A model generated the notes under the pieces. That model was not told where the DNA came from, did no database searches, and saw nothing but the letters and a program-made list of their open reading frames with translations. A program made the translations under genes and the position numbers. From Octopus bimaculoides (taxonomy: Eukaryota): a stretch of DNA of 64,000 nucleotides. Shown one piece after another: positions 52,230-64,000 of this stretch; position 1 is the stretch's first letter, and each line of letters starts with the position of its first letter. The stretch covers positions 2,744,477 to 2,808,476 of the forward strand of contig NC_068995.1 of the NCBI RefSeq assembly GCF_001194135.2, written 5' to 3'.

Positions 52230-52590
52230 CATAACAAGAGTGATGTAAAAAGGAGAAATAAATGGATCAGGATCACTTGGGTGAAGGTTTGTACAAACCC
52301 AATTAGATTTGAGAAACTGGATCCATTAAAATAAAAGTAGAAAAGACTGAGAAAGACGTCAGCATGTCTCCGGGCCAGAGGGGTTGGGGAGAGAACAGTG
52401 GAGAGAAGGGCTGCTTGTTGGGATGCAGTCCTTGCTATTTTCATATAATGTGTTTTTGCCAGGAGAGGTCCTTGATGATAGTGAGACCCAACACTTTGAG
52501 CAACTCTGAGGGCTCAAGCTGAGTGCTACTCAAGTTTGGAGTAGGGCTTTGATGTGGTATGGTGTTTTCTTCATGTGAGTAATGCAAATA
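52230..52590 (-). pseudogene. CR1/Jockey-group LINE reverse transcriptase C-terminal relic
   Basis: LKVLGLTIIKDLSWQKHI..IARTASQ and PLARRHADVFLSLFYFYFNG, typical post-RT LGxxxxxxLSWxxHI and RRxVASLSLFYRY motifs. Confidence 0.8.
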
Positions 52591-54565
52591 CATTCCAAAC
52601 TAACCAGAAGATAGTGGTGGTGGTGGTGTAACCCAGTTGAAATTTTGTACACATGGCACTTGAGGTGCTCGTCAAAGTAGTGTCATCTCTTGGCTAAACA
52701 AAAGAATTAAATTGTATTAAATTGGGATAGAGAACCAAAACCAAACATTCCATTAAATCTATGAACAGCAGATCTTATAGTCCTGCTGATATGGAGAGAA
52801 ATTGGTTGAAGTATTTACTATGCAGTCAAATGACAAGTTAAATCACTAAATTACTAGGACACTTTCAATGGAGTGGGGGTGGGAATAGATATGATCCTTC
52901 CCGAGTCATATAGACTCTTAGCACTGATTTCCATTGTACATGTATTCACCCACTGGACGGGATGCTGATCGATTGCAGAATTAACTCATTTTTGTCAGCT
53001 GAGTGGACTGGAGTAATGTGAAATGAAGTGTTTTGCTCAAGAACACAATGTGTTACCCGATCCAGGAATTGAACTCACAATCTTAGGATCATGAGCCCAA
53101 CACCCCTAACCACCAAGCCACATGCGAGAGCGTAGGAGGAGGAAGAAAGAGAGAGACTAGGGGGTTTAAGGACTGGGATTGGTGGAGGGGAGGGTTGTTT
53201 GATTCTACTGAAGTATTTTTGAATATGTGCATTGATGCTGTGGAACTAATTGCTAATTACTTTTACTGTGAGGTCTTCTAACTGTGATGTATTTATCAGG
53301 CATGGCCGAGTGGTTAAGAGGTTTACTTCCCAAGCACACAGTTTCACGTTCAATCCCACCCTGTAACACCTTGGGCAAATTTCTTCTGTTATAACCCTGG
53401 GCTAACCAATGCCTTATGAGTGGATTCAGTCAACAAACTGAAAGAAACCCGTCATCATCATCAATCAATCATATGTTATGGATTAAATGTTTATATGTAA
53501 TGTGCATAGATTTGTATCTCCTTGTCTTGCCAATGCATTGATCATTGTAAATGAGTCACTGTCATAGAAGCAATGTTCTTCATTTCTAATATTCTGCAAA
53601 AACATGTCTGGCCACTGAGGAAATGTTACCTTGCTAGGAAACAAATGGTCAGCAACAGAAAAGACCTGCTTCAACAATCCATGAACCCATGGAAAAGTGG
53701 ATACTAAAACGACAATGATGATGATGCCCTTTGCTATAAGGTGACAGTGAGCCATGATATCCTTATGCTGTGTGCAAACAAGGATATGTTAATAAAAACC
53801 AACCAGACATTGTAATTAAAGATAACAATAAGATGTAGTCATTGTAAAAACATGGCTTTCAAATTTTGACAAAAAGTCAGCAATTTCAAGGGGAGGGGCA
53901 AGTCAATTACATCAGCTTCGGTGCTCAATGGTGCTCATTTTATTGACTCCAAAACGATGAAAGGCAAAGTCAATCTCAACAGAGTTTGAACTCAGAATGT
54001 GAAGACAGACAAAATGCTGCTAAGTATTTTGTCTGGCATGATAACAATTCTGCTCGTTTTGCCACCTTAAATTATTAAGAAGAAAGAATATACATGCAAA
54101 TGGAAGCATCTTTTACACCCTAATAGACATTAGGGGTTAGTACTTAGCTTTAATTTAATGGCGAATAAGAGACAGACAAAGATCTCCTGGACAGGAAGCC
54201 AGAGTTCTTGTAAGTAATTTCCTCAGATGATTTTGTGTCAGTTTCCCCACACAGCCATGTCAGCTGGGGTAATGCAGAATAAAGCGTTCTGTCCACAAAC
54301 AACAAAATGCTTGCAGTAGTTTACGCACACACACACTATCTCTGACACACATTCTCTTTTATATATCTCTCTCTCTCTCACACACACACATACAGTCTCT
54401 TACATGCTGTCCCACCCTCCCTTTATTTCTACTTCTTCTCTCTCTCTCTCACATTGTTTCTCTCTCATAGTGAATCACTAGTCACACCTAAATATTACAT
54501 CACCCAATGACAACCTACTCAACCTAGACAGTATCGTACAGACTATAATATTACATATACCATAG

Positions 54566-54655
<90 letters not shown>

Positions 54656-55057
54656 TGGTGCCGGTGTGGCTAAGTGGTTAAGAAGCTTGTTTCACAACCA
54701 TATAGTTTCAGGTTCAGTCCTACTGTACAAGTGAATTTGGTAGATGGAAACTGAAATAAACCCATTGTATATATACATATGCATATATCTTTTGTGTAGC
54801 CTTGTCCTGACATCATGTGATGGTTTCAAATCAATATCACCATCATACCAGCAATGTTAACTCGTTTCCAATCTTCCATGGAAACATGTCTGGCTGTGGG
54901 GAAATATCACTTAGGTCAATTACAGGTGAAGATTGGTGAAAGGAAGTGCATCCATCCATAGAGACTCTCTACCTCAACAAATACACTTTTACCCATGCAA
55001 GCATGGAAAAATGGACTTTGAAATGATGTTATGATACAGTTATTGGGTTAATTTCTT

Positions 55058-55410
55058 GCATGGTTGTGTGGTAAGAAGTTTGCTTCTCAACCACATGGTT
55101 CCTGGTTCAGTCCCACTATGTGGCACCTTGGGAAAGTGTCTTCTACTATAGCCTTGGGCCAACCAAAACCTTGTGAGTGGCTTTGGTAGATGGGAGCAGA
55201 AAGAAGCCCATTTGTGCGTGTGTGTGTGTGTGTGTGTGAGAGACAACTGGTATAAGTTTGTTTACATCCTCATAATTGAATGGTTCAGCAAAAGAGATTG
55301 ATAGAATAAGTGCCAGGCTTTAAAAAAAAAGAACTAGGGTTGATCATCTGACCAAAAATTCTTCAAGGCCCCAGCATGGCCACAGTCTAATGACTGAAAC
55401 AAGTAAAAGC
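55058..55410 (+). mobile_element. SINE family A full-length reference copy
   Basis: A-box-like tggttgtgtgg, B-box-like ggttcagtccc, ccttgggaaagtgtc core, internal (TG)n, 3' tail ending gactgaaacaagtaaaag. Confidence 0.9.
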
Positions 55411-55473
55411 ATAAAAGAATCCAAGGAAATTTCTTCTCACCACAGTTGAATTTAATCATCAATAAAGGTATGC

Positions 55474-55514
<41 letters not shown>

Positions 55515-56015
55515 ACACAACCTAAATATGATATTTAAGGGTACATTATGATGATGATGATATCTTCTGTGTTCAAGGCTGCTCCATTACGGATGGGAAT
55601 GGTTTAGAAACTCTATTAATTCATTACTGGTATTTGTTCTGTCAGACATAAAGATATGCCAACTTTGGTGAATAACAAAATTCCAAACACAACTCCCTGT
55701 CCTCTTTACCATTTCCTTCCTCGCCCTATCAAGTCAATGACCAACTTCTCGTGACTTCCTTAGCAAACACTTTATCCTCGACATTGTATTTTTGTCAGAC
55801 TACAAAGATGGTTTTCCTGTTGCCTTCCTCTAAGGACCTTTTTTTTTTACCAGACATCATCTTATCAGCTAGATACACTCAACATTTCCACACCTGTCTG
55901 AGTTATCAGAAAAGAAAGAGTTGGAACAAATTCCTAAAAGCATTTCGTCCATTTATCTGTCCAATTTTAACACTTTTCTTAGACTGGTGGTACTTTATCA
56001 ACTCTGGAAGAATTA

Positions 56016-56565
56016 CAAAGTCTGATCAAAAAGTATCGGAACTGGTGCAATAAAAAGAAAACAGCACATAAGAATTCAGCATTTAATCTCCTTTGAAGCT
56101 GTCCATTTCTCAAGTCACACACTTTATCCAGCATTGTTTCCAGTGATGGAACCATTCTTAGAACTCTGTTTTTGGGATAGGTAGCAGCTGCCTCATTGAA
56201 TTCTCTTGGATTTCCTTGATGTCTTGATATCTCCTTCCTTTCAAGTGGGATTTCATTTTTGGAAAGTAGGTAAAGAGGGAAAAAACACAGGTATTGCCAA
56301 GCTTTTGGCTAAATTTGACGCAAGTTCTCTGCTCACTTTTCACTGCCATGGGGTCACTGAAGGGAGCATCTGTGGTGTGCTGAGACAACCACACTCTCCA
56401 CGCTTTACTTCCAGGCTTCTTCTCTGAACAACAGAAATGAGCCAACAACACTACAACTCCATGTGCAACAGAGTTAAAAGTCAATCTGTGCCAAGCGACT
56501 TCACTCTGTGTACTTCAGCCTGGTTGTCATAGCAACAGTTCCAATACCTTATTGATCAGATCCCA
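56016..56565 (-). mobile_element. Internally deleted mariner element with both TIRs and TA target duplication
   Basis: TA|caaagtctgatcaaaaagtatcggaactg ... cagttccaataccttattgatcagatccca|TA; residual ORF joins the N-terminal EQRTCVKFSQKLG to the C-terminal FPKMKSHLKGRRYQDIKEIQ. Confidence 0.9.
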
Positions 56566-58702
56566 TAAAAGCAGAGTATAAAGAACCAGAACAAAATTGC
56601 AGCAAGACATTTCAATCCTCTGATTCTGCCAATTGGCTGCTGTTTTTTTGTTTGTTTGTTTTTCCTGTTTCTCTATTTCATCCCCCAAAACTGGATCATT
56701 GAGGAAGCATTGGAACCAATGATGATGATGATGATGATGTTGGTTATAGTAAAACAGATTTGAAAGTTTCAAAAGTTTGACTAAAACATATTTCTGAAGC
56801 ATGTATGGTATGTCTTCCTCCTCCTCCCTTGCTGTCCCTCCCTCTTCCCCTCTACACCGGATCTCTGCAGGAAGTCTGCTGTTACTAGTTTTACAGTTGT
56901 AATGCTTGTTGCCAATATTTGTTCAATGACTCAGTAGTTTCACTGCTTTGAAGATATTATTTAAAAGATTCCAAACTCCCAAACTAAAATTACTAAACAC
57001 GATGTCAGTTTATAGTAATCAGATCACGTTAAGAGAGTGGCAGAGGGGGGCAAGGTAGGTGATGGGGGTGGAAGATTAAATTGAAGGTTTCAGGTGGCAA
57101 GATAAGTCAGTTTGAGGTCAGCACTAATTGGAACAGACTTATGATCAGACTTTCCAGCTATGACCATCCTGTCTTTTTCCAAGGAGTACATTGTCCAATT
57201 TGTCCTTTTCTGTAACATAGGTAAAATATGGTCGGAAACCACTGACTTGGAGCCACCCAACAGACCCAAAATGTTTCATTTGATGCGTCTGTAGGATATG
57301 TACTCAGACATTGTCATTAGTTATGATCAAATGACTAAAACCATCACAACCCTGTCAAACATTAGGCCTTACTCAATCTGCTGAGTTGTCATATTAACCA
57401 TATATCTCAGAGATGGATCTTCAGGGACAGAAAAATACTTCAGCTCTAAACAACTATTGGTGTGATACAAGACACCTTTTTACTTTAGACTAAACACACA
57501 CACACACACACACCATGGCATTCCACCCCATGCATCCATATTCTGGATCACAGCCAAAAAACAAAAACCTCACCCATCTGTATTTACAACCTCTGGCTCA
57601 CCATAACATTGGGGATGGGGTACCCCTTGCTGTGTTTTTTTACTCTAACTACAATACTCATGTGAACCTGCTCACAGTATTACGTCTCATCCTGAATTTG
57701 TTTCACCTGCCCCTCTCCTGACACCCGGCCCAGTCTCTTGGCCCTTCCTTCCCAGACACTGCCTGTACCATTTTCCTCCCCAGAGCTACCTACTCCTAGA
57801 AATTCTTCCCTGTCTACATTTTTCTCCTCAGTCACTACTTTCAACTGTTCAAACAAGGCATCAGCTGAGTGCCCTCCCCCCCCCTCTGCATCTATCTTTC
57901 AATCTATAGGGACCCTCTAAAGCCGTAGTAGTTCCAACCAAGGCCCATATAACCCTTGGAGGTCCATATACAATTTTGTTGTTAAAGTTTATGTACAATA
58001 AACTGGATATATTTCTACAGTACACAAAATATTTTAACAATTTTTTATACAATTCTTAATTATTTAATTCTAAAGATATAATAACATATTTTTTTTAACA
58101 TTGAGGTCCAGTAAATAGGAATCAAAAGGATCTATAGGTAAAAAATGGTTGAGAACCACTGTTCAAACAGTTACAAGAGCTATTCTTTCTTAGAAGAACA
58201 ACACCTGTAAATCATATATTTGTAATATCTTTATATTTGATCCTAGAGTCCGACACTGAAGATAGTCTCTCAATGTCTGTTAGCTTTGAAGGACTGAACT
58301 CAATGGTAGAAAAGTTCTGTAGATTACTGTATTAGATATCAGGGCTGGATTTGAATTTAGTGAGGTTGTAACCTTTTAGCGTTTAAAGTGGCCATATCTG
58401 GCCAAAATATTCTGTTTTATGTTTAAATCAGCTAGATCTGGCTTCTCACACTTAGCCCTCAATGTCATTCTAAAAAAATGAACAATCGCATCTTGATGCT
58501 ACGAGATAATGTATGATTAATTCAAAGACAATGTTAATAAATGAACATTACATTTGACAGAGTAATGTAAATAGCTTGGAGATCCCTTGTTAAAAAAAAT
58601 TTCCCCAGACAGCATTACAAAAATTGAAAATGTCTGCCTTTTTATTATCTTGCTACCCTGTGAGATTGTAAATCTCAAAACTGTATCTTGTTTAGCTCCT
58701 GC

Positions 58703-58926
58703 TTAACCCTTTCAATACCAATCTGGCTAAAACTGCCTCTGGTTCTGTACAAATGTTTTGCTTTTACAAGTTTTGAATTAAAATTTTCCAAATTTTGGTC
58801 ATAATTTATGTTCCTAACCCTAGCTTAATGATAACTAAGTTATTTTACTAAATTCTTTGTTATATTTAAAATTAATTGAAAGAAACACAGAACATCTCAA
58901 AATAATTATGGTAGCAAAAGGGTTAA
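58703..58926. mobile_element. Second piggyBac-like MITE family (TTAA-bounded)
   Basis: ttaa|ccctttc ... caaaaggg|ttaa; fragments at 20195-20278, 39975-40150, 44730-44840, 48690-48750. Confidence 0.8.
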
Positions 58927-60254
58927 ATTTGAAACTGTTAGGCATTGCTATTTGTATGAAGTTTCTAAGACCATTTGAAAATGGAACCAGCTCCCATTTT
59001 ATATTTGAATTACTACACCCAGCTGTAAAACGATAATGCATACAAATGTCTAAGTTTACAAACACATCTCACCTACATGAGTGTGGAATGTAAGAACACT
59101 GAAGATGCAGCTCCCCTTGGTAGACAATTGAAATGATGTGAAAGTATTGTAGAGAGATATTTGTTGCTGTTAATGACTCAATCATGTCATTGGTTGATAT
59201 CCATGTCAATAGAAGGGACTGGAAAGGTTATTTTACAAAGGTTTATTAATAGAATCTGCTAAGATGTTAAGGTAGAAATACACACTTGCTAAGAGTATGC
59301 GGTACAGACAGAAAGAGCTGAAAAGTGTGAGGCACAGGTAGAAATGGCTGCAGTGTGGGACATGGATGAAAATGGCTGCAGTGTGAGGTACAAGTGTATA
59401 CTGCTAGGGTATAAGGCACTGTGTGTGTGTGTGTATATGATTTCCCTTTTTTTTTTTTTTTTTTTNNNNNNNNNNTTTTTTTTTTTTTTTTTATCTTGTT
59501 TCAGTCATTAGACTACAGTCATCCTGGGACACTGCTCAATTATTGTTCTTATTTTTTGGTGTTTCTTATTTTTTTCAGTCTGGTATTTATTTTATCAGTT
59601 TCTTTTCCTGAGCTGCTAAGTTACAGGGACATAAACACACCAACACAGGTTGTGAAACAGTCTTGGGATACGATTTTGTAGCTTTGTGATTTTGATGATG
59701 CAGTTGTTGACTTTTACAATGACATTGTAGAATAAGCGTGATGGGTCAGATCTGACCAGATTGAACCTAAGAGGTAGAACACTTCGGCTGGATGAAACCA
59801 GTTCAAATGCTGAAGGGTTGCTGACGAATATTATTTCTTTAATTTCCAATAACTCTCCATGTATTTAATGCCTTAGATTTATCAGAGAATTACAAAGTTG
59901 TGATATTTATGCATTTCCTGAGGTGGAAAGCATTCACTTCCTATCTGTTACATTGGTGTTCGGTTGACGTGGCGGCTGGCCCACCATCGTAGACATTATG
60001 GATACCACTTGACATTGATGTGTCATGCAAACAGAAACACATCAATCACAGAGTGAGAGAATGTCTAAATATGTAGACAGATACAATGTGTGTGTGTGTG
60101 TGTGAAAGTAACGCAATATGTCAGTCTTAGATTTGTCTGCATATATTGCAGGACATGATTCCTCGTTAATAATGATGATAAACTGTCACAATGGGGGTAG
60201 ATATTTATTTAATAAGGAATTAATCTCAGTGCTGGGTCAAGGAACCTTTTTATC

Positions 60255-60600
60255 TTTTATCCATTTCAGTCACTAGACTGCAGCCATGCTGGAGCACCAA
60301 CATTAGTCTTTAAACGAATGAATCATCCTCAGCACTTATTTTTTGTTTTCTAAGCCTGATACTTATTCTATTGGTCTCTTTTGCCAAACCGATAAATTTT
60401 GGGGATGTAAACACACCAACACCAGTTGTCAAGTGGTGGTGGTGGAAGGACTTCTTTCAGTTTCCATCTATGAAATACACTCAAGGTTTTTGTTAGCCCT
60501 AGGCTATTGTAGAAGATACTTGCCCAAGGTACCACACAGTGGGAATGAACCTGGAACCATGTGGTTGAGAAGCAAACTTCTTACCATGCTGCCATACTTA
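60255..60600 (-). mobile_element. SINE family A near full-length copy
   Basis: Colinear reverse complement of 55058-55410. Confidence 0.85.
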
Positions 60601-63600
60601 TATGTATATGTACACACACACACACACACATATGTACATATGCACACACACACATGTACACACACACACACACACACATATATATAAACAGCTAATTGGT
60701 CATCTTCACTTATAGCCGTTTCAATTAATACTCAATAAACATTAAATTAACATTTATTTGACATGAATACAATATCACCAGAAGAAAAAAAGATGTAGAT
60801 TGGATGTTATATGTGTGCTAATGAATTCCTATACACACACACACCTACGTGTATTATATATATGTACATATATACAATACAGATATATATATATATATTT
60901 TCAAAGGCCTCATGAAATTAAATCTGATTTAATAAGGCCACATTAAAGAAAGCTTTAAATCTCCCCAAAATTTGTATTTATGAAAATCTAATTGTAAATA
61001 TTGATTTCTGATGTAATCGCACAGTTAAATTACAAATAGTAAAGAAATATAAATGAAAAAGATTGTAACTAAATGCCATAAGTCAGTTTCTCTGATGCTC
61101 TGCCGATTTTGTGAATCTGCTTCTTTGTAGTAATCATCATTGTTTAACGTCCATCTTCCATGCTTGCATGGGTGGGACACATTTCTAATATGAGCATAAG
61201 GCTTGAAGTTTTGAGAGAAGGATTAGCTGATTAGATTAACCCTGGTACTTGGCTGGTACTTTGTCTTTAATCCTTTCAGGGTTGATAAAATAAAGTTGAC
61301 CCTGTGGCAGGAATTGAACTCAGGGCATAATTATTCTTGCTAATTGGATAAATCAACTTAAACTGTGAGCGATAACATTTCCCCACAAGTGACTGGAAGT
61401 CATATTGTAATCAATAAAAGATGTAAACATTTCACTTAAAACATCAATGTTATTTGGTTTTTTTTTTTTTTTTGCAATCAATACAGGTTTTATGTTGAGA
61501 AATTGTGATCGTTTCTCTCTCCATTAACCCACATATCAACTGTTCCGATGACATAAGTTCAGTGTTGTCTATAAATATTGAATCCTGGCGCACATAACAC
61601 AAAGCCACACATTTGGTGCAAGGGTATCTATTTCCAATAAACTCTTGTTTCTGCTGAAATCCACAAGTATTGTTTCAATCAAATCTGAAGATATTGAGAA
61701 CAGTGAAATAACTTTGTTAGTTTTAAGCTGGTATTTGAAAGAGAAATTTACATGAAATTTTCAGGGAAGGCTTTAATTTAGATCATTTGAAAACAGTAGG
61801 TTTGTATCATAGAACCAGGAGTGGTGGTCTCAGGTGGGTTGGTAGCCAAAGATTCTAATCAACTTCATTGCTTGGCTTCTTTCAGTTTGCATCTACCAGA
61901 TCCACTCACAAGGCTATAGTCGGCTTGAGGCTATAGTAGAAGACACTTGCCCAAGGTGCCATGCAGTTGGACTGANNNNNNNNNNNNNNNNNNNNNNNNN
62001 NNNNNNNNNNNNNNNNNNNNNNNNNNNNNNNNNNNNNNNNNNNNNNNNNNNNNNNNNNNNNNNNNNNNNNNNNNNNNNNNNNNNNNNNNNNNTATATATA
62101 TATATATATATATATATATTGTGCATGAATGTAGATGTTCTACACTGTCACTACTCGAGCACAGTTGGGTTCATGCTGACATGATTTGTTTATTCTGTGA
62201 ATAAAGAAAGCTATGGATTGGTGACAGGAGGAGCATCCAGCTGTAAGATCCTGCCTCAAATAAATCTTCATCCAAATTTGTGCTTTCACAAACAAAATCA
62301 ACAAACAAAAATGAACATCAAATGCAAAATAAAAATAGAAAATAAGAAAAGAAACTTCTCCTAACATTGATCTGACTTAAATTACGGTTTCATTTCTGAT
62401 TGCTTCAGGAACTTCTAGAAGACTTGTTGTCTCTGGAAGCTCTGATTCTCTCTCTCTCTCTCTTGTATAAGAACCAGTCTCATAAAGAAGAAAAGAAAAG
62501 AATGGATGCAGTCGGTTGAGTTTGAAGAATCTTTTAAATGTCTTTCCTGTCTCTCATGGTTTAATGGCTTTATTTTCGGTCAATACTATTGACCGGAACA
62601 TTTATAGACTGTCCAACATAATGTCAACATAATTGACATTCTGTCGGACAATGCTACAACCTCCTAGAATCGATAGAATTGGTACTTTTAACAGAACACA
62701 CTCTTCAAAGTTTACACTGTAAAGTGTTATCAACAGATATCTATTCTTTGAAATTAAACTGTTTTAATGTTAACTTAAAGAATTTGAATCATGAAGATTT
62801 TTCGTCGTCTTTTTCTACATTTTACTCTTTGATAAAATTAGTATTTTTCCTCTTTTTTTATTTATTTTTTTTTTTAAATTGAAACTGGTTTTTGTGAATC
62901 AGTCTTGTGAATTACATGGCAACATCATTAGTGCTGATGCCACAAAAGGGGGGGGGGAGCACCCAGTACACTTTAAATTGGTTAGTATTTGGGGAGGCAT
63001 CCAACTATAGAAACCATGCCAAGGGAGTCGGTGGAGTTTCACACAGTCTTGTGACTAGTTGGATCCTGTCAAACCATCCAACCCATGCTCGCATGGGAGA
63101 CGGTGGTGATGATGGTCTGTAAATATTTATTTTGTCAGGTTGAAAGTTGAGTTAGTGTCAGCAGGATTTGATGTAAGGATTGCAAAGTATGGAAAAGCGT
63201 CATTGCAGCTTGGCAAATAGGGTGAGGTGACAGACAACATCTTGTGTTGTCATGGTTGTCTTTAGGAACCTGTGCTACCAGTTCTCTGTGTGTGTGTGTG
63301 TTCTATTTGGATGGGTGCAGTGTTTACTAAAACGGTGTAGACAGACTGCATTGAGGTGCAGTGAAAGAGAGAGAGAGAGAAAGTAGGTGTGGAAGAGTTT
63401 GTAATATTACCTGTTGATGAAATGGGTCAGACTAAGACATGCCATGGTTGGTGGGGGTGAAGAGTGACTACATTAAATTAGTATAGCATTGGTGACACCT
63501 ATTAAGTCAATATTGCCACAAAAGGTGGTGATTCTGTATTGAATGACGCTGTGAGCATTATAAACAATGAGGTGTTTTGGATTGTAGTTGGAGGTCATAA

Positions 63601-64000
63601 ATGTAATGTTGAACAAAATTTGATCAGTTAAAATTATTCAAGCAATTGGTCAGCAAAAACTCTATCAAAGGGTCATAAAATCTAAAAACAAACTGGGCAT
63701 ATAATTCCAAGAAGCTCAATTGATGGGGATTTTTAGACATTATTACAGACCGTGCAAATTGGAAATGATCTGGTCTAGTGAAGTCAACTGGTGAAAGCAA
63801 GACATGTTTCAGGCTTGTTGGACCTCTTCAATGAAGTATATTCTATTCAGCTGACAAAACCAAGTTATCAATATATATCATCATCATCATTTAATTGCCA
63901 ATTTTCCTTGTTTGCATGTGTTCAGATAGAATTCATCAAAGCAGATTTTCTATGGCCAAATGTCCTTCCTATCGCCAGACGTGTTTTTACAGAAGACTGG

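Noticed and set aside
62411-62520. Plus-strand acceptor followed by ELLEDLLSLEAL...
   Set aside because: Runs through a (CT)n microsatellite, no homology recognised

Overview
AT-rich eukaryotic genomic DNA, dense in microsatellites and SINEs, with six N-gaps. The repeat families and (TA/CA/AAT/CAT)n load point to an octopod cephalopod (inference). The one protein-coding gene I can support is a minus-strand SLC35B4-like (YEA4/Efr family) nucleotide-sugar transporter. Seven internal exons (27120 down to 1018) have canonical AG/GTAAGT borders and splice in frame to EVPSSGNIITFSQFLFIAIEGFIFTLKMGKVTPVIPLKNYIVMVTMFFAVQVINNLALNFHISMPLHMIFRSGSLMANLILCVILLKKRYKMSKYLAVFMISVGIVFCTIASSKHLKPQEDTEDGDSTYDYFMWLIGIFMLLFALFMSARMGIFQEVIYKKFGKHPSEALFFNHALPLPGFLLLAPDIYKHVILFSQS. 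The first exon was not found (possibly in a gap) and the last exons appear to lie left of the window. The rest is intron or intergenic sequence: several tRNA-headed SINE families, RTE/CR1 relics, Tc1/mariner relics, piggyBac- and hAT-like MITEs, and Penelope-like GIY-YIG relics ending in fold-backs. The most interesting lead is a set of degenerate hammerhead-ribozyme cores, one in a Penelope-like fold-back and one at the 3' end of a tRNA-Arg-like SINE. This suggests a tRNA-SINE with a Penelope-type ribozyme tail. No intact ribozyme or intact transposon is present. Repeat coordinates are approximate (tens of bp); exon coordinates are exact.
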